Below, piece by piece: positions 10,436 through 19,952 of a stretch of DNA of 64,000 nucleotides. Origin of the DNA: Roseibacillus sp. Lineage in GTDB: Bacteria > Verrucomicrobiota > Verrucomicrobiia > Verrucomicrobiales > Akkermansiaceae. The notes below the pieces were generated by a model. It was given only the letters and a program-made list of their open reading frames with translations. It was not told the origin of the DNA and made no database searches. Position numbers and translations under genes: made by a program. Positions within the stretch are counted from its first letter, which is position 1. Each line of letters begins with the position of its first letter. The stretch lies in the NCBI GenBank assembly GCA_965242925.1, contig CBDEUM010000029.1:288001-352000 (forward strand), given 5' to 3'.

Positions 10436-10556
10436 GCATTCAGAGTGGTTCTGCCAGCCGAGAGGTGAAGGAACCCGGCAACCTGTCGCGGAGACGACAA
10501 GGTGCCTGTGCCAGCTGGCACGATGCGCGGCCCGAAAGGGCTGAACGAAGGTCTCC
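10436..10556 (+). ncRNA. SAM riboswitch, SAM-I superfamily (SAM-IV or SAM-I/IV-like)
   Basis: P1 GCAUU/GAUGC with CAGAG junction; P2 GGUUC/GAACC; P3 GGCAACC-UGUCG...CGACA-AGGUGCC; P5 GGCCC-GAAA-GGGCU; L3 GGAGAC (10490-10495) complementary to GUCUCC (10551-10556). Confidence 0.8.
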
Positions 10557-10630
10557 CTGCCCCGCTCGGGGGCGTTCGTTCAGCTCGGCCGTGGCTCCGG
10601 GTGCTTCTCCACCGGAAAGGAACCAGCATC

Positions 10631-10864
10631 ATGAGCCAAACAGCAAGCAAACCAGCCGTCCACCTCGTCAGCAAGACACGGGGCTCCCATCCCAATCACC
10701 ACCTCACCAACAACAATGGAACGTGGTGGTGCCAGATCACCATTCACCAGGGTCCGTTCTCGAGGCGGCTCCGCTTCTCCCTTGGAACGGGGGAATTGGA
10801 GCGGGCCCGCGCCCTCCGGGACCGGGTCTTTGACAATCTCACTTCCGGGGTCCGGGCGGCCTGA
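10631..10864 (+). CDS. 77-aa hypothetical protein, possible AP2/integrase-arm-like DNA-binding domain
   Basis: GAAAGGAA RBS before ATG 10631; NHHLTNNNGTWW...RLRFSLGTGELERARALRD; directly downstream of riboswitch. Confidence 0.75.
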   Translation: MSQTASKPAVHLVSKTRGSHPNHHLTNNNGTWWCQITIHQGPFSRRLRFSLGTGELERARALRDRVFDNLTSGVRAA

Positions 10865-11334
10865 TGAACCACGTCCCTCTGCCACGAACTGGAAACTGAA
10901 AACGGATGAACGGGAAAGAGAATAACACGCCCTCGCCTCAAGCGGGGAAGAAGGATGCGACGACCGGGGGGCTGCCCCCGATTCCGAGGGGATCTCTTCC
11001 CTCTCTCCCTGATTCACACCCGCTGTTCAAACGGGGCTTCGTGATCGGCGGGAGAGGGTTCAACCGGCAGGGGACCAAAAAGGACCCCAGGCAGCAGGGC
11101 GGTCGGGGTCACCGTTGAGAAACAGGAAACAATCAGTCAGATGGAATGTGGATATTTACCAGCAAGGGGCCTCCTGCTCCCATCTCCCTTGCCATTTGGC
11201 GGAGTGATGCCCTAGTTAGTCCTGCCCGCTCAAATCTCCGTGTGAGCCATTGAGCCCAATCAGCACCGACCACAAAACCCGTGAAAACTGCGAACTGAAT
11301 TTGTCCCCTTCCAGCCCTGACCTGTATCCTGTCC

Positions 11335-11724
11335 ATGGCGGGTTCCATGGTCACGGCTGCGCCGGATGGAAACCGGCTGGTGCACCTCGATGAACCGAAC
11401 AATCCGTGGCAGTTCCACCGCCACCCGACCCTCGAAGTCCCAGATCAACGTCACGCCTTGGCCCGTGGCCGTCATCACAACCGCGAAGGCGGCGAGCAGG
11501 GCCACGCCAGGGCTCAGTTTGCTTTCGGCCAGGCCTGCGCCGCGGGCAGCGGAATTCCCCGCAACATCGCGGAAGCCCTCAAGTGGCTCACCCTCGCGGT
11601 CAACTCGGGATACGGATCAGCCGCTGACGATGAACTCGCCGCCCTCAAGGCCAAGGCCTCACCGGCCGAGATCGCCGAGGGCCGGAAGCTCTCCGGCGAG
11701 TGGAAGCAGAAGGCCCCGGAGTAG
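11335..11724 (+). pseudogene. Chimeric ORF of gene fragments: 5' end of the 20114 gene, antisense 5' end of the CotH gene, Sel1-like repeat tail
   Basis: 11380-11421 = 20201-20242; 11413-11468 = 16530-16585; then EQGHARAQFAFG...EALKWLTLA (Sel1-like). Confidence 0.75.
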
Positions 11725-11897
11725 GCTGGTGCACCCCGAGGATCTCACCCGCAAGAAAGCCATCGAGATCGTCACCAAGATCCTTTCCCCCCAAGCAAAC
11801 CGGCGCATCTTGCTGCACTTTGGCTGCAGTTCAGACCCTTCGCCCCTGAAAATCAACGATCTAGGCCTACCGGTCCAATGGCCAAACCCGAACATCC

Positions 11898-14800
11898 TTA
11901 CGGGGCGGGGCTTGGGCGACCCGTGACGTTCAGCCGGAGGAATTGTGTGTTCTGAACGCTGATCGGAGCGGTGGAACGCCAGGTTTCCAGGACGGTGCCG
12001 TCATTTTGGTTGTGGCGTGACACAAACGCGACTGCAGTTCCCCGGAGCCAGGTAACGAGATCCTCGGATTGCTCGACGTGGCAGATGACGTCGTCCGCGG
12101 CGAGGTTGCGTTCGAAGGTCATAGTGAGATAGCGATCCGTCCCACCGATCCCACCGATCCCACCGATCCCAGTATCGAAGGAGCCGATGCCGGGCGTCGG
12201 GAGTGGCGTGGTGATCGAAGTTCCCGCCAGGGCGTGTTCGAGAAAGTCGCTGAGTCCATCGTTATCGCTATCGGCGACGGGATCGCCTGCGAAGTCGATG
12301 GCGTCGGTGCTACCGGGATTTCCACCGACCGCCACGCTGGGCCGCCAACTAAATGGATCGTTGTGATCCGGGTTGCTACGGGGGGCGATGAGCACCAGAC
12401 TGAAGCCGACCCCGTCGGCGCTCTCGGGCCACGGAAACTTGTCGTCATAAGTGAAAGACTGAACCACGGTGGTCCCATCCCCACCGAGGATCGTAATCGT
12501 CTCGCCTTCGTTGGCCAGATTTCCAGCATACTCTCCATGCGGCGCAAAGCCGTAGCGTTCTGTGAAGGCGGCGGCGTTTTTCGCGAGGACGAGACGCCCC
12601 TGCGGAAGCAGCGTGGTCCCGAGCGGAAAACCGAAATCGATCCCAGCCGAGAAGGAAAGCAGGGAGAGATCGATCGGACCATTGCTGATGTTCATCAATT
12701 CGAGAAACTCGTAGCCCTTTCGTTCCTGACCAACGAGGGCCTCGGCCGGAGTCTGCGGAGGGAGCGGATGGTGGTTGATCTCGCTGACCACGAGGTTGCT
12801 CGCATCGGCGGGAGTTCCCACAATAAGGGGAGCCTCCACCAAAGCGCTCCAAGTAGTTCCATCCAGGACCCGCGCCCGCAGCAGCGCCGAGGTCGAGGGC
12901 CTGAAGGGAGCGGTGTAGAGTTGCGCAGTCGCGGAGGTTCCGGTGGCACTGGTAGCATTGGATACCAGCTGTGGCAGAACCAACATGTCGTTGCTTGCCG
13001 CGGAGTCGTTCATGGCGTGAATCGCCAGCACATTGTTTCCGAGCTGCAGCCCCCCTTTGTGAGCGGAAATGTCGAAGGGCTGGAAGGCGGTGGCCTGCCG
13101 GTCGATTCGGTCGGAGGTCGCCTCCGATTGCCAGTCCAGTACGCCCGGCTCGTTCTCAGCGGCGACTCGCGTCCCGTTCAAGTAGGCCACAAATCCCGAA
13201 TCGTACTTCATGTTCAGCGTAAGGCTGTCGATGTGGTCGAGGGTGGCCTGGTTGGCGATGGTGAAGGGGATTCGCACATAGACCGAGGCGGTGGCATCCA
13301 TCATCTCGGGGACGTAGTGATTAATGAGATCCTCAAAGGCATCCGGAACTTGTTCGAAGCCCACTCCAGTGCTGCCTGACTTCCACACGGCCAGGTTGAA
13401 CGGATCGGCCAGTCCGGTCCACTGCGCGGGGATGAGGGCTGAACCGCCGTTCGCCACCGAGGGGACGAGGGCGCGGACATCTGGAGCAAATTCAGAGAGC
13501 AGCACCACCTCCTCGTTGGAGGTGTTCGACCTGCGCGGGTCCGTGTCGTCGGTCGTGAAATAGATGGCGCCGGAAGCCGGAGCCGTAAACCCAACCAGCG
13601 TATCGCCGACGGTCCCCCCGTGCCGAGGCACACCGTCGACGCGAATCTCGGGTGGAGCGAGATCGGGATAGAGGCCAAGCGCACGGAGCTGATTCAAAAC
13701 AACTCCCGTGCGCTGGGGAAAGTAGGACCGCAACAGGCGGTCGCGCTCGGGGATCCAGTGGTCGTCGCGCGTGTACAAATGATAGGGTCCCCGCAGGATC
13801 GAGTTGACGTCACGCCGGTAGTCGCCCCAGCGCGCCGACTCCGCAACCACCGCAAGCTCAATCTCAGCGGCCAGCGCCGCGTAGCGCGCCGCGGCGACCT
13901 CGGGTAGCAGCACGCCGTCGTTGAAGAAGTGCCACTGAATGCGGTCTGCAACCATGAGGCGGAACTCTTCGTTGCCGCGCAGGCGGTGGAACAGATGAGC
14001 GGGCGAAGTCGGGTGGTTAGCTCCCGTGACGTTGATGCCGACAGTTTCCATCGAGGCCTCGGCGTCCCAGGTGAAGAACCGATACTTGCCGGGAGGTTCG
14101 CGGCGGCGGGCGGCGGTCCAATTGCTGCCCGGCCAATCGTTGTTCCCGATCCAGAAGTTGATCAACATGTAGTCGATCAGGTTGGTCAGATCGAGCGCCT
14201 CGCTAATCGCCTGGAGCTCTTCCGGTGAGGAGACGCCGCTGTTTACCAAGTCGACCAGGGCGTTGTAGGAGTTCGCGCTGCCGTCTTGGACTTCGATCCG
14301 CCCGACATCGAGATTGACGACATCCCAGTCCTCCTCGTTGCCGCCGAGGATCTCCGCGAGCCAAGATGCGCGGATTCGCTCGATTGGGTTGTAAAGGCCC
14401 CAATAGTGACCGTTGATGTAGAGGTGGGCAAAGTTGCTCCTGACCGAAGTCTGCCCCATCAGGCCGAAGGTGTCGTGGACGAACTTGTCGATGACGTACT
14501 GAGCCTGCGGCCGTGGCGCGCCGACGCCCCAGGCGCCGTCGTGGATCCATGCGTCGAGGTATCCGGAGCGCAGACTGAAGGTGTCGTAGCGGTTGGTCGA
14601 CGAATCATCGAACATCTGGAACTCCAATTTGGCCGCGCCGTAAGCCTCTTTGAACAACAGGCGCAGGGAGTGCTTCGGCGACTTGTCGGGCTGTCGGCTG
14701 GCCCCGCCCTGGATGCGGATACCAGCGTCGACCTGGAACTCCCGTCCGCCCGCAGAGTTGAAATACTCGACCGACACCGGCCGCTCCCAATCCGGTCCAC

Positions 14801-16688
14801 GGTTCGCGTCGCTGCAGCAGTTACCGGGATTCGCGTAAATGCCGAAACTCGGGTCGAACAAGTCGCCCGCGTCCAGCACCAGGGAAATGGTCGGGATTGA
14901 CCGCAGGGCGTCACTCATGATGCCACTGAAGCGCGGATCTCTGGTGACCTCTGGGTCCATGCCGTAGTCCGCCCGGCCGCCGCCCACCCACGACGCGGGC
15001 AACGTAGGGGGCGTGTTGTCCTGGACGACGATATCCTCGATGAAGAAGTAGCTCTGCGTGTCGACGTTGGTCGGGCTCAGCCCTGTCTTGAATGCCATTG
15101 CGCGCAGGGTGGTTGTCGAGCTGATCTGGATCGGATCGGTGTAGCGGTTTCCATGGGTGTCGGACGGTGCGCTGCCATCGACCGTGAAGCGTACTCGCGC
15201 TCCGGGGGTGGCAGTCGTGATCTCCACCTGGATGGGCGTGTCGTAAAAGCCACCGTCGACGCTGAAGGTGGTGTCGCCGACGGATCCCTCAAAGCCGGGT
15301 TCGTTTGGGAGACCGGGAGTGGGCGGATCAAAGAAACCCCGCTCCAGCGCGACTCCGAAGAGTCCGTAAGAGACGTCGGGTTTCTGTTCCGGAAAGGCCG
15401 GCGAATACTCGCACGTGATACTCACACCGTCCGGCCTCACGAGCGCGAGATACTCGCCATCGCCATCCAGCCGGAAGTTGGTATGCAGCTGGCGTCCGGC
15501 CACCGCCCGGTCCTTGCCTGAGGCGAAGACCAGGACGTAGTCACCGCCATCCAGCAAGTGAGGCGGGAACCGCCACTTGGTGAGAAAGTTCGGGTCGTCA
15601 GTGAGATGCCAGCCGTCCAAGTCGATCTCACTACTGGCGGTATTGCAGATTTCGATCCAATCCGTATTCTCGCCATCTTCGTCGAGCAAGGAGTCATCGT
15701 TGATGGCAAGAAACTCGGTGATGGTAAGAGTCTCTCCTGCGATTACGAAGGTAGTGGCCGTAGCGGTCCCCTCCGCGTTGGTGGCGATCAGGGTGTAGGT
15801 GGTGGTGACGAGCGGGTTAACTACCACGCTGGACTGTCCGGTCACGTCACCGACATCGGGGGTGACGGCGGTCGAGGGAATGCCGCCCAGCGGATCGACG
15901 ATGGTCCAGGAAAGCGTCACGGGCGTCCCGGCCATGATGCTCTGCGAACTCGCCGTGAACGAGATGATTTCGGGAATTGCGGGAAGACCGGCATTCTGCA
16001 CCACGATGTTGTCGACCGAGACCGTGCCCCAGCCGCGGGTGGTGCCGTCCACAACGCGCAAGTATACTCCACGTTGTCCGGTGATTCCAGCCGCCTGCAG
16101 TTCCGGGTTCGTCCAGGCGCGGTGGTGCAGAAAGCCGCCTCCCAGGCTCTCCGAAATAATGACATCTCCAGTTTCGGCATCATGCAGGAACAGTCCGTTG
16201 GGTGGCGCACCCCCGCCAAGGTCCATCGTGAAGGAACTGGTCTCGTCGATGAGGAAGGTGTCACTGATGAACTCCCCCATGTCGCCGTCTCCGTGTTTGA
16301 AGTGCGCGGCGCCGTTGAAACCCCAGTCCGCTCGAAGGAGCCACTCGTTCAGTGGGTGGGCACCGGGCGTGTCGGTGATGAGGCTCTCATCATCGATGGC
16401 GTTGTAGCGGACCGGGTTGCTGGGGACTCCTTCCTCGAACCGATCAAAGCTGTCACCACCCCCGGGGGTGGTGAGATGAAACTTGAGGGCTCCGCTCGTA
16501 TCGTAGAGCCGATCCTGCACCGGGTCGTTTTCCACCGCCACCCGACCCTCGAAGTCCCAGATCAACGTCACGCCTTGGCCCGTGGTCGTCATCGCGACCG
16601 CGAAGGCGACAAGCAGCCTCACATGATGGAGCAACAGACACACAGCTGATAGAGGGGGTATGCCGCACTGCGGGTCGAGCCACGGCAT
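11898..16688 (-). CDS. Large secreted CotH-kinase-family protein with lamin-tail and FN3-associated domains
   Basis: ITEFLAIN..DWIEI and VVSEINHHP..EFLEL (lamin tail), RFTVDGSAP, HLYINGHYWGLYNPIER and NNDWPGSNW..WDAE (CotH); start uncertain. Confidence 0.85.
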   Translation of the reverse strand: MPWLDPQCGIPPLSAVCLLLHHVRLLVAFAVAMTTTGQGVTLIWDFEGRVAVENDPVQDRLYDTSGALKFHLTTPGGGDSFDRFEEGVPSNPVRYNAIDDESLITDTPGAHPLNEWLLRADWGFNGAAHFKHGDGDMGEFISDTFLIDETSSFTMDLGGGAPPNGLFLHDAETGDVIISESLGGGFLHHRAWTNPELQAAGITGQRGVYLRVVDGTTRGWGTVSVDNIVVQNAGLPAIPEIISFTASSQSIMAGTPVTLSWTIVDPLGGIPSTAVTPDVGDVTGQSSVVVNPLVTTTYTLIATNAEGTATATTFVIAGETLTITEFLAINDDSLLDEDGENTDWIEICNTASSEIDLDGWHLTDDPNFLTKWRFPPHLLDGGDYVLVFASGKDRAVAGRQLHTNFRLDGDGEYLALVRPDGVSITCEYSPAFPEQKPDVSYGLFGVALERGFFDPPTPGLPNEPGFEGSVGDTTFSVDGGFYDTPIQVEITTATPGARVRFTVDGSAPSDTHGNRYTDPIQISSTTTLRAMAFKTGLSPTNVDTQSYFFIEDIVVQDNTPPTLPASWVGGGRADYGMDPEVTRDPRFSGIMSDALRSIPTISLVLDAGDLFDPSFGIYANPGNCCSDANRGPDWERPVSVEYFNSAGGREFQVDAGIRIQGGASRQPDKSPKHSLRLLFKEAYGAAKLEFQMFDDSSTNRYDTFSLRSGYLDAWIHDGAWGVGAPRPQAQYVIDKFVHDTFGLMGQTSVRSNFAHLYINGHYWGLYNPIERIRASWLAEILGGNEEDWDVVNLDVGRIEVQDGSANSYNALVDLVNSGVSSPEELQAISEALDLTNLIDYMLINFWIGNNDWPGSNWTAARRREPPGKYRFFTWDAEASMETVGINVTGANHPTSPAHLFHRLRGNEEFRLMVADRIQWHFFNDGVLLPEVAAARYAALAAEIELAVVAESARWGDYRRDVNSILRGPYHLYTRDDHWIPERDRLLRSYFPQRTGVVLNQLRALGLYPDLAPPEIRVDGVPRHGGTVGDTLVGFTAPASGAIYFTTDDTDPRRSNTSNEEVVLLSEFAPDVRALVPSVANGGSALIPAQWTGLADPFNLAVWKSGSTGVGFEQVPDAFEDLINHYVPEMMDATASVYVRIPFTIANQATLDHIDSLTLNMKYDSGFVAYLNGTRVAAENEPGVLDWQSEATSDRIDRQATAFQPFDISAHKGGLQLGNNVLAIHAMNDSAASNDMLVLPQLVSNATSATGTSATAQLYTAPFRPSTSALLRARVLDGTTWSALVEAPLIVGTPADASNLVVSEINHHPLPPQTPAEALVGQERKGYEFLELMNISNGPIDLSLLSFSAGIDFGFPLGTTLLPQGRLVLAKNAAAFTERYGFAPHGEYAGNLANEGETITILGGDGTTVVQSFTYDDKFPWPESADGVGFSLVLIAPRSNPDHNDPFSWRPSVAVGGNPGSTDAIDFAGDPVADSDNDGLSDFLEHALAGTSITTPLPTPGIGSFDTGIGGIGGIGGTDRYLTMTFERNLAADDVICHVEQSEDLVTWLRGTAVAFVSRHNQNDGTVLETWRSTAPISVQNTQFLRLNVTGRPSPAP
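12141..12167. repeat. 9-bp tandem repeat (CCCACCGAT)x3, in frame, encoding GIGGIGGIGG
   Basis: Read directly. Confidence 0.9.
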
Positions 16689-16891
16689 CGTTTGGGCCTT
16701 TATATAAGGCGCGTTCCGCGGCCAGAGCAAACCATTATCGGGCTCCCTCTTTCTTGCACCTAACAGGAAGGAAAATTTATCTGCAATTTCCTTGCGACTC
16801 CGTGTGCCTCGTTCCTATGATATTTTAAATATATCTCGTTCTCGAGACTCGCCGACCCGCTAACTGCCAACATCCAAAATACACAACGAAA

Positions 16892-17578
16892 ATGAGTCAC
16901 ACGAACCTCAACACTCGCCGCAGCTTTCGCAATCTTGCCGGAACCGCCGCCCTTACCTTCTGCCTAGGCCTCGCGCCACAGGCCTTCGGAGCCAACACCA
17001 TCATCGACATCGTCGATGGGGTGGTCACCCCCGGCCCCCAGCGTACCGCTAATGGCAGCGAGCACTTCCTCGCCTGGGACGGCGATGTAAACACAAGGAC
17101 CTTCTCCACCAATTCCGGGACCCAGACCGTGCCCCAGCACACACGCCTGGATTTCGAGGGGGGGGGGCATTTGCTGGGTCTCGTTCGCATCAACGACCAA
17201 GCGGGAAATGACAACAACGGCCGCATGCAGCAGATCAGCCTCTCGTTTACGACCGACACCGACTCCGACCTGAACGCCCGAAATTACACGGCGGTCACCA
17301 ACCTCATCTTGACCCAGTTCACCGGCGACGATCCCGTCGGCCCGAACCTCAACATCTCCGGCAACACCATTGAGCACCTCGACACCGCCCACGACGGATT
17401 CTATTCCGTTACCTTCGATCCCGTTCCCAATGCCACCGGAATCGAGTTCGAATGGGAGAACGAAGGCCCCTTCAAACACTGGACCATCCGCGAACTCGAA
17501 GCTTACGCCGTCCCCGAGCCCTCCACCGCGCTGCTCGGCCTCCTGGGCCTGACCCTTCTGGCCCGTCGGCGTCGCTAG
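16892..17578 (+). CDS. PEP-CTERM sorting-domain protein with one discoidin-like domain
   Basis: Signal peptide; C-terminal VPEPSTALLGLLGLTLLARRRR. Confidence 0.9.
   Translation: MSHTNLNTRRSFRNLAGTAALTFCLGLAPQAFGANTIIDIVDGVVTPGPQRTANGSEHFLAWDGDVNTRTFSTNSGTQTVPQHTRLDFEGGGHLLGLVRINDQAGNDNNGRMQQISLSFTTDTDSDLNARNYTAVTNLILTQFTGDDPVGPNLNISGNTIEHLDTAHDGFYSVTFDPVPNATGIEFEWENEGPFKHWTIRELEAYAVPEPSTALLGLLGLTLLARRRR
17367..17490 (+). repeat. 124-bp near-identical direct repeat (copy 2 at 19030-19153)
   Basis: One mismatch (17464 A vs 19127 C) by manual alignment. Confidence 0.9.
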
Positions 17579-17699
17579 ACGACGGCGTCTCCGGACCCCG
17601 GCAAGCCCTGATCGTTCGTGGGATCAGGGCTCGCCGTCTGGAGCCCGCCTTCCTTGGATTCATGTGCGTCCATACTCTCAAAATAAGAAAGAGGATCCC

Positions 17700-19952
17700 A
17701 TGAATAGCAGCACTCCTTTGCAAAGGATCAGATCCACCGGCCTCCTCGTCACCCTCGCGGGCAGCCTCTGCCTGGGTGCCTCCCCCCGCGCCGCCTCCGA
17801 CACTCTGATCGACATCGTCGATGGCGTAGTCATCCCCGGACCCCAGCGCACCGCCCCTGGTAGCGAGCACTTCCTCGCCTGGGATGGTGACGTGAATACG
17901 AGGACCTTCTCTACCAACTCCGGGACTCAGACCGCACCCCAGCGCACCCTGCTCGACCTGGAACCAGGTGGGCACCTCCTGTCGCGCATTCGTATCAACG
18001 ATGTCGCCGGCAACGACAACAACGGACGCATGCAGCAAATCACCGTCCGGTTGACCACAGACATCGACGCCGACCTGAGCACCCGCACCTATACCGATGT
18101 CACAAACTTGATGGTCCTCTCCCTGCCCGACGACGCCCCCACCGCTCCCAATGTCAATGTCACCGGCGCCACCGTCGAACACCTCGACACTCTCCACGAC
18201 GGTTTCTACTCCCTCACCTTCGACCCGGTCCCCGACGTAACCGGCATCGAGTTCGAGTGGGCGAACGAAGGTTCCTTCAAGCACTGGACCATCCGCGAGA
18301 TCGAAGCCTACGCCGCTTCCACTGAGGATCCGGATCTTCTGGTCGCTTCAGTAGTCAACCTCGAGCTCCCGGGCGCCGACACGATCCTGATCCGGCTCCG
18401 CAATGGGGGACAGAGCCAGAATCTCAACATTTCCAACGTCGAGATCACCGGGGGCGCCCAGCAGGGCTCCTTCTCCAACGTCCAGTTCCCCGGTCAGTTG
18501 ACGCCTGGTGGGGTCGGCACGGTCGAGGTTGATTTTGATCCTGGAAACACTCTCGGCGACTTCGAGGGGATCCTTACCATTTCCAGCGACGATCCATCCG
18601 ATCCCGAGAAAACCGTCACCATCAACGTGACCCGGCCCGAACCGCCTATCCCCACAGGTGACACCCTTATCGATATTGTTGACGGCCTGGTCGACCCGGG
18701 CCCGGGCCGCACCTCGAATAACCCCCCGGAAAACGCCTACGACGGTGACGTCAGTACCCACACCTTCATGACCGAGTCCGGTACCCAGACCGCGCCCCAG
18801 CACACTTACCTGGATCTCGAGGATGGGCTTCACGACCTCTCGCGCATCCGTATCAACGACGTGGCCGGCAACGACAACAACGGCCGCATGCTCCGCATCA
18901 CCATTCGAGTCACCACTGACACCGACCCTGACCTCGCATCCCGAACCTATCACGACGTCACCAATTTGGCCGTGCAGCAATTCGATGGAGACGCTGACCC
19001 TCCGCCCAACGTCATCGTCACCGGGAACTCCATTGAGCACCTCGACACCGCCCACGACGGATTCTATTCCGTTACCTTCGATCCCGTTCCCAATGCCACC
19101 GGAATCGAGTTCGAATGGGAGAACGACGGCCCCTTCAAACACTGGACCATCCGTGAGATCGAGCCCTATTCCGGCGCGCCTGCCGGCGTCAGGATCACCG
19201 ACATTTCCTACAATGCCTTTGCGGACAGCATCAGCATCAGCTGGGAGAGCAAGGACGGCAATCTCTACAATCTCCGGAGCGAGACTGATCTCTCGAATTC
19301 CCCCACCGCCGATTGGCCCATCGTGGGGGCCAACCAGGATATCGCCGCCACGCCACCCGAGAATACCATCACCTTCGCCCGCCCCGGCGATCTCACGCGC
19401 TTCTATGTCGTCGAGTGTTTCCCCGCTCCCCCAGTGGCCGTCTTCTCGGAGAACTTCGACGACGCCGCGGCTCTGCCGCCCGGCTGGACCACCGGCATCA
19501 ACCCCACTGACACCGGATCGACCGCTTGGGAGTTCGGGACCCCCTCCGGCGTGGGCCCGGGTGCCGCCAACAGCCCTCCGAACTGCGCCGCTACCAACCT
19601 GGGCGGCGCCTACGGAGCGGACAGCGACATCTATCTGCGCACGCCGGCGATCGATCTGACCTCCGCCAGCGGAGCCACTCTGAACTTCGCCCAGTGGGTG
19701 GATATCGAAGCCAGGTTCGACTCCGGACAAATTCGCCTCCTCGATGTCGATGCTGCTGAAGCCGAGATCGCAGTGCTCGATATGACCATCGACGGAGAAG
19801 ATCCGGCCGACTGGGATTCTTACAGCAAGAAGCTCCCCACCCCTGCTCTCGGCAAGAATGTTCGCTTCGAATTTCGCCTTAATACCGACGACTTCGATCC
19901 CGACCCCTTCGCGGGATGGTACCTGGACAACGTCATCGTCACCGTCCCGTGA
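17700..19952 (+). CDS. Secreted multidomain protein: two discoidin-like repeats, Ig-like spacer, C-terminal jelly-roll/adhesin-like domain
   Basis: GAGGA RBS, signal peptide; two DTLIDIVDG...HWTIREIE units; FSENFDD..W...GWYLDNV domain. Confidence 0.8.
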   Translation: MNSSTPLQRIRSTGLLVTLAGSLCLGASPRAASDTLIDIVDGVVIPGPQRTAPGSEHFLAWDGDVNTRTFSTNSGTQTAPQRTLLDLEPGGHLLSRIRINDVAGNDNNGRMQQITVRLTTDIDADLSTRTYTDVTNLMVLSLPDDAPTAPNVNVTGATVEHLDTLHDGFYSLTFDPVPDVTGIEFEWANEGSFKHWTIREIEAYAASTEDPDLLVASVVNLELPGADTILIRLRNGGQSQNLNISNVEITGGAQQGSFSNVQFPGQLTPGGVGTVEVDFDPGNTLGDFEGILTISSDDPSDPEKTVTINVTRPEPPIPTGDTLIDIVDGLVDPGPGRTSNNPPENAYDGDVSTHTFMTESGTQTAPQHTYLDLEDGLHDLSRIRINDVAGNDNNGRMLRITIRVTTDTDPDLASRTYHDVTNLAVQQFDGDADPPPNVIVTGNSIEHLDTAHDGFYSVTFDPVPNATGIEFEWENDGPFKHWTIREIEPYSGAPAGVRITDISYNAFADSISISWESKDGNLYNLRSETDLSNSPTADWPIVGANQDIAATPPENTITFARPGDLTRFYVVECFPAPPVAVFSENFDDAAALPPGWTTGINPTDTGSTAWEFGTPSGVGPGAANSPPNCAATNLGGAYGADSDIYLRTPAIDLTSASGATLNFAQWVDIEARFDSGQIRLLDVDAAEAEIAVLDMTIDGEDPADWDSYSKKLPTPALGKNVRFEFRLNTDDFDPDPFAGWYLDNVIVTVP

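Noticed and set aside
10906..11118. 70-aa ORF as second gene of the riboswitch operon
   Set aside because: No clear RBS, low complexity, no recognisable family
11725..11810. LVHPEDLTRKKAIEIV as an integrase C-terminal remnant
   Set aside because: Too short and lacks a catalytic Tyr; cannot be supported
16768..16836. AT-rich inverted repeats as an operator between divergent genes
   Set aside because: Short, imperfect, seen only once; no regulator to link it to
17367..19153. Repeat pair as a diversity-generating retroelement TR/VR
   Set aside because: Only one mismatch, both copies are coding, and no reverse transcriptase is visible in the window
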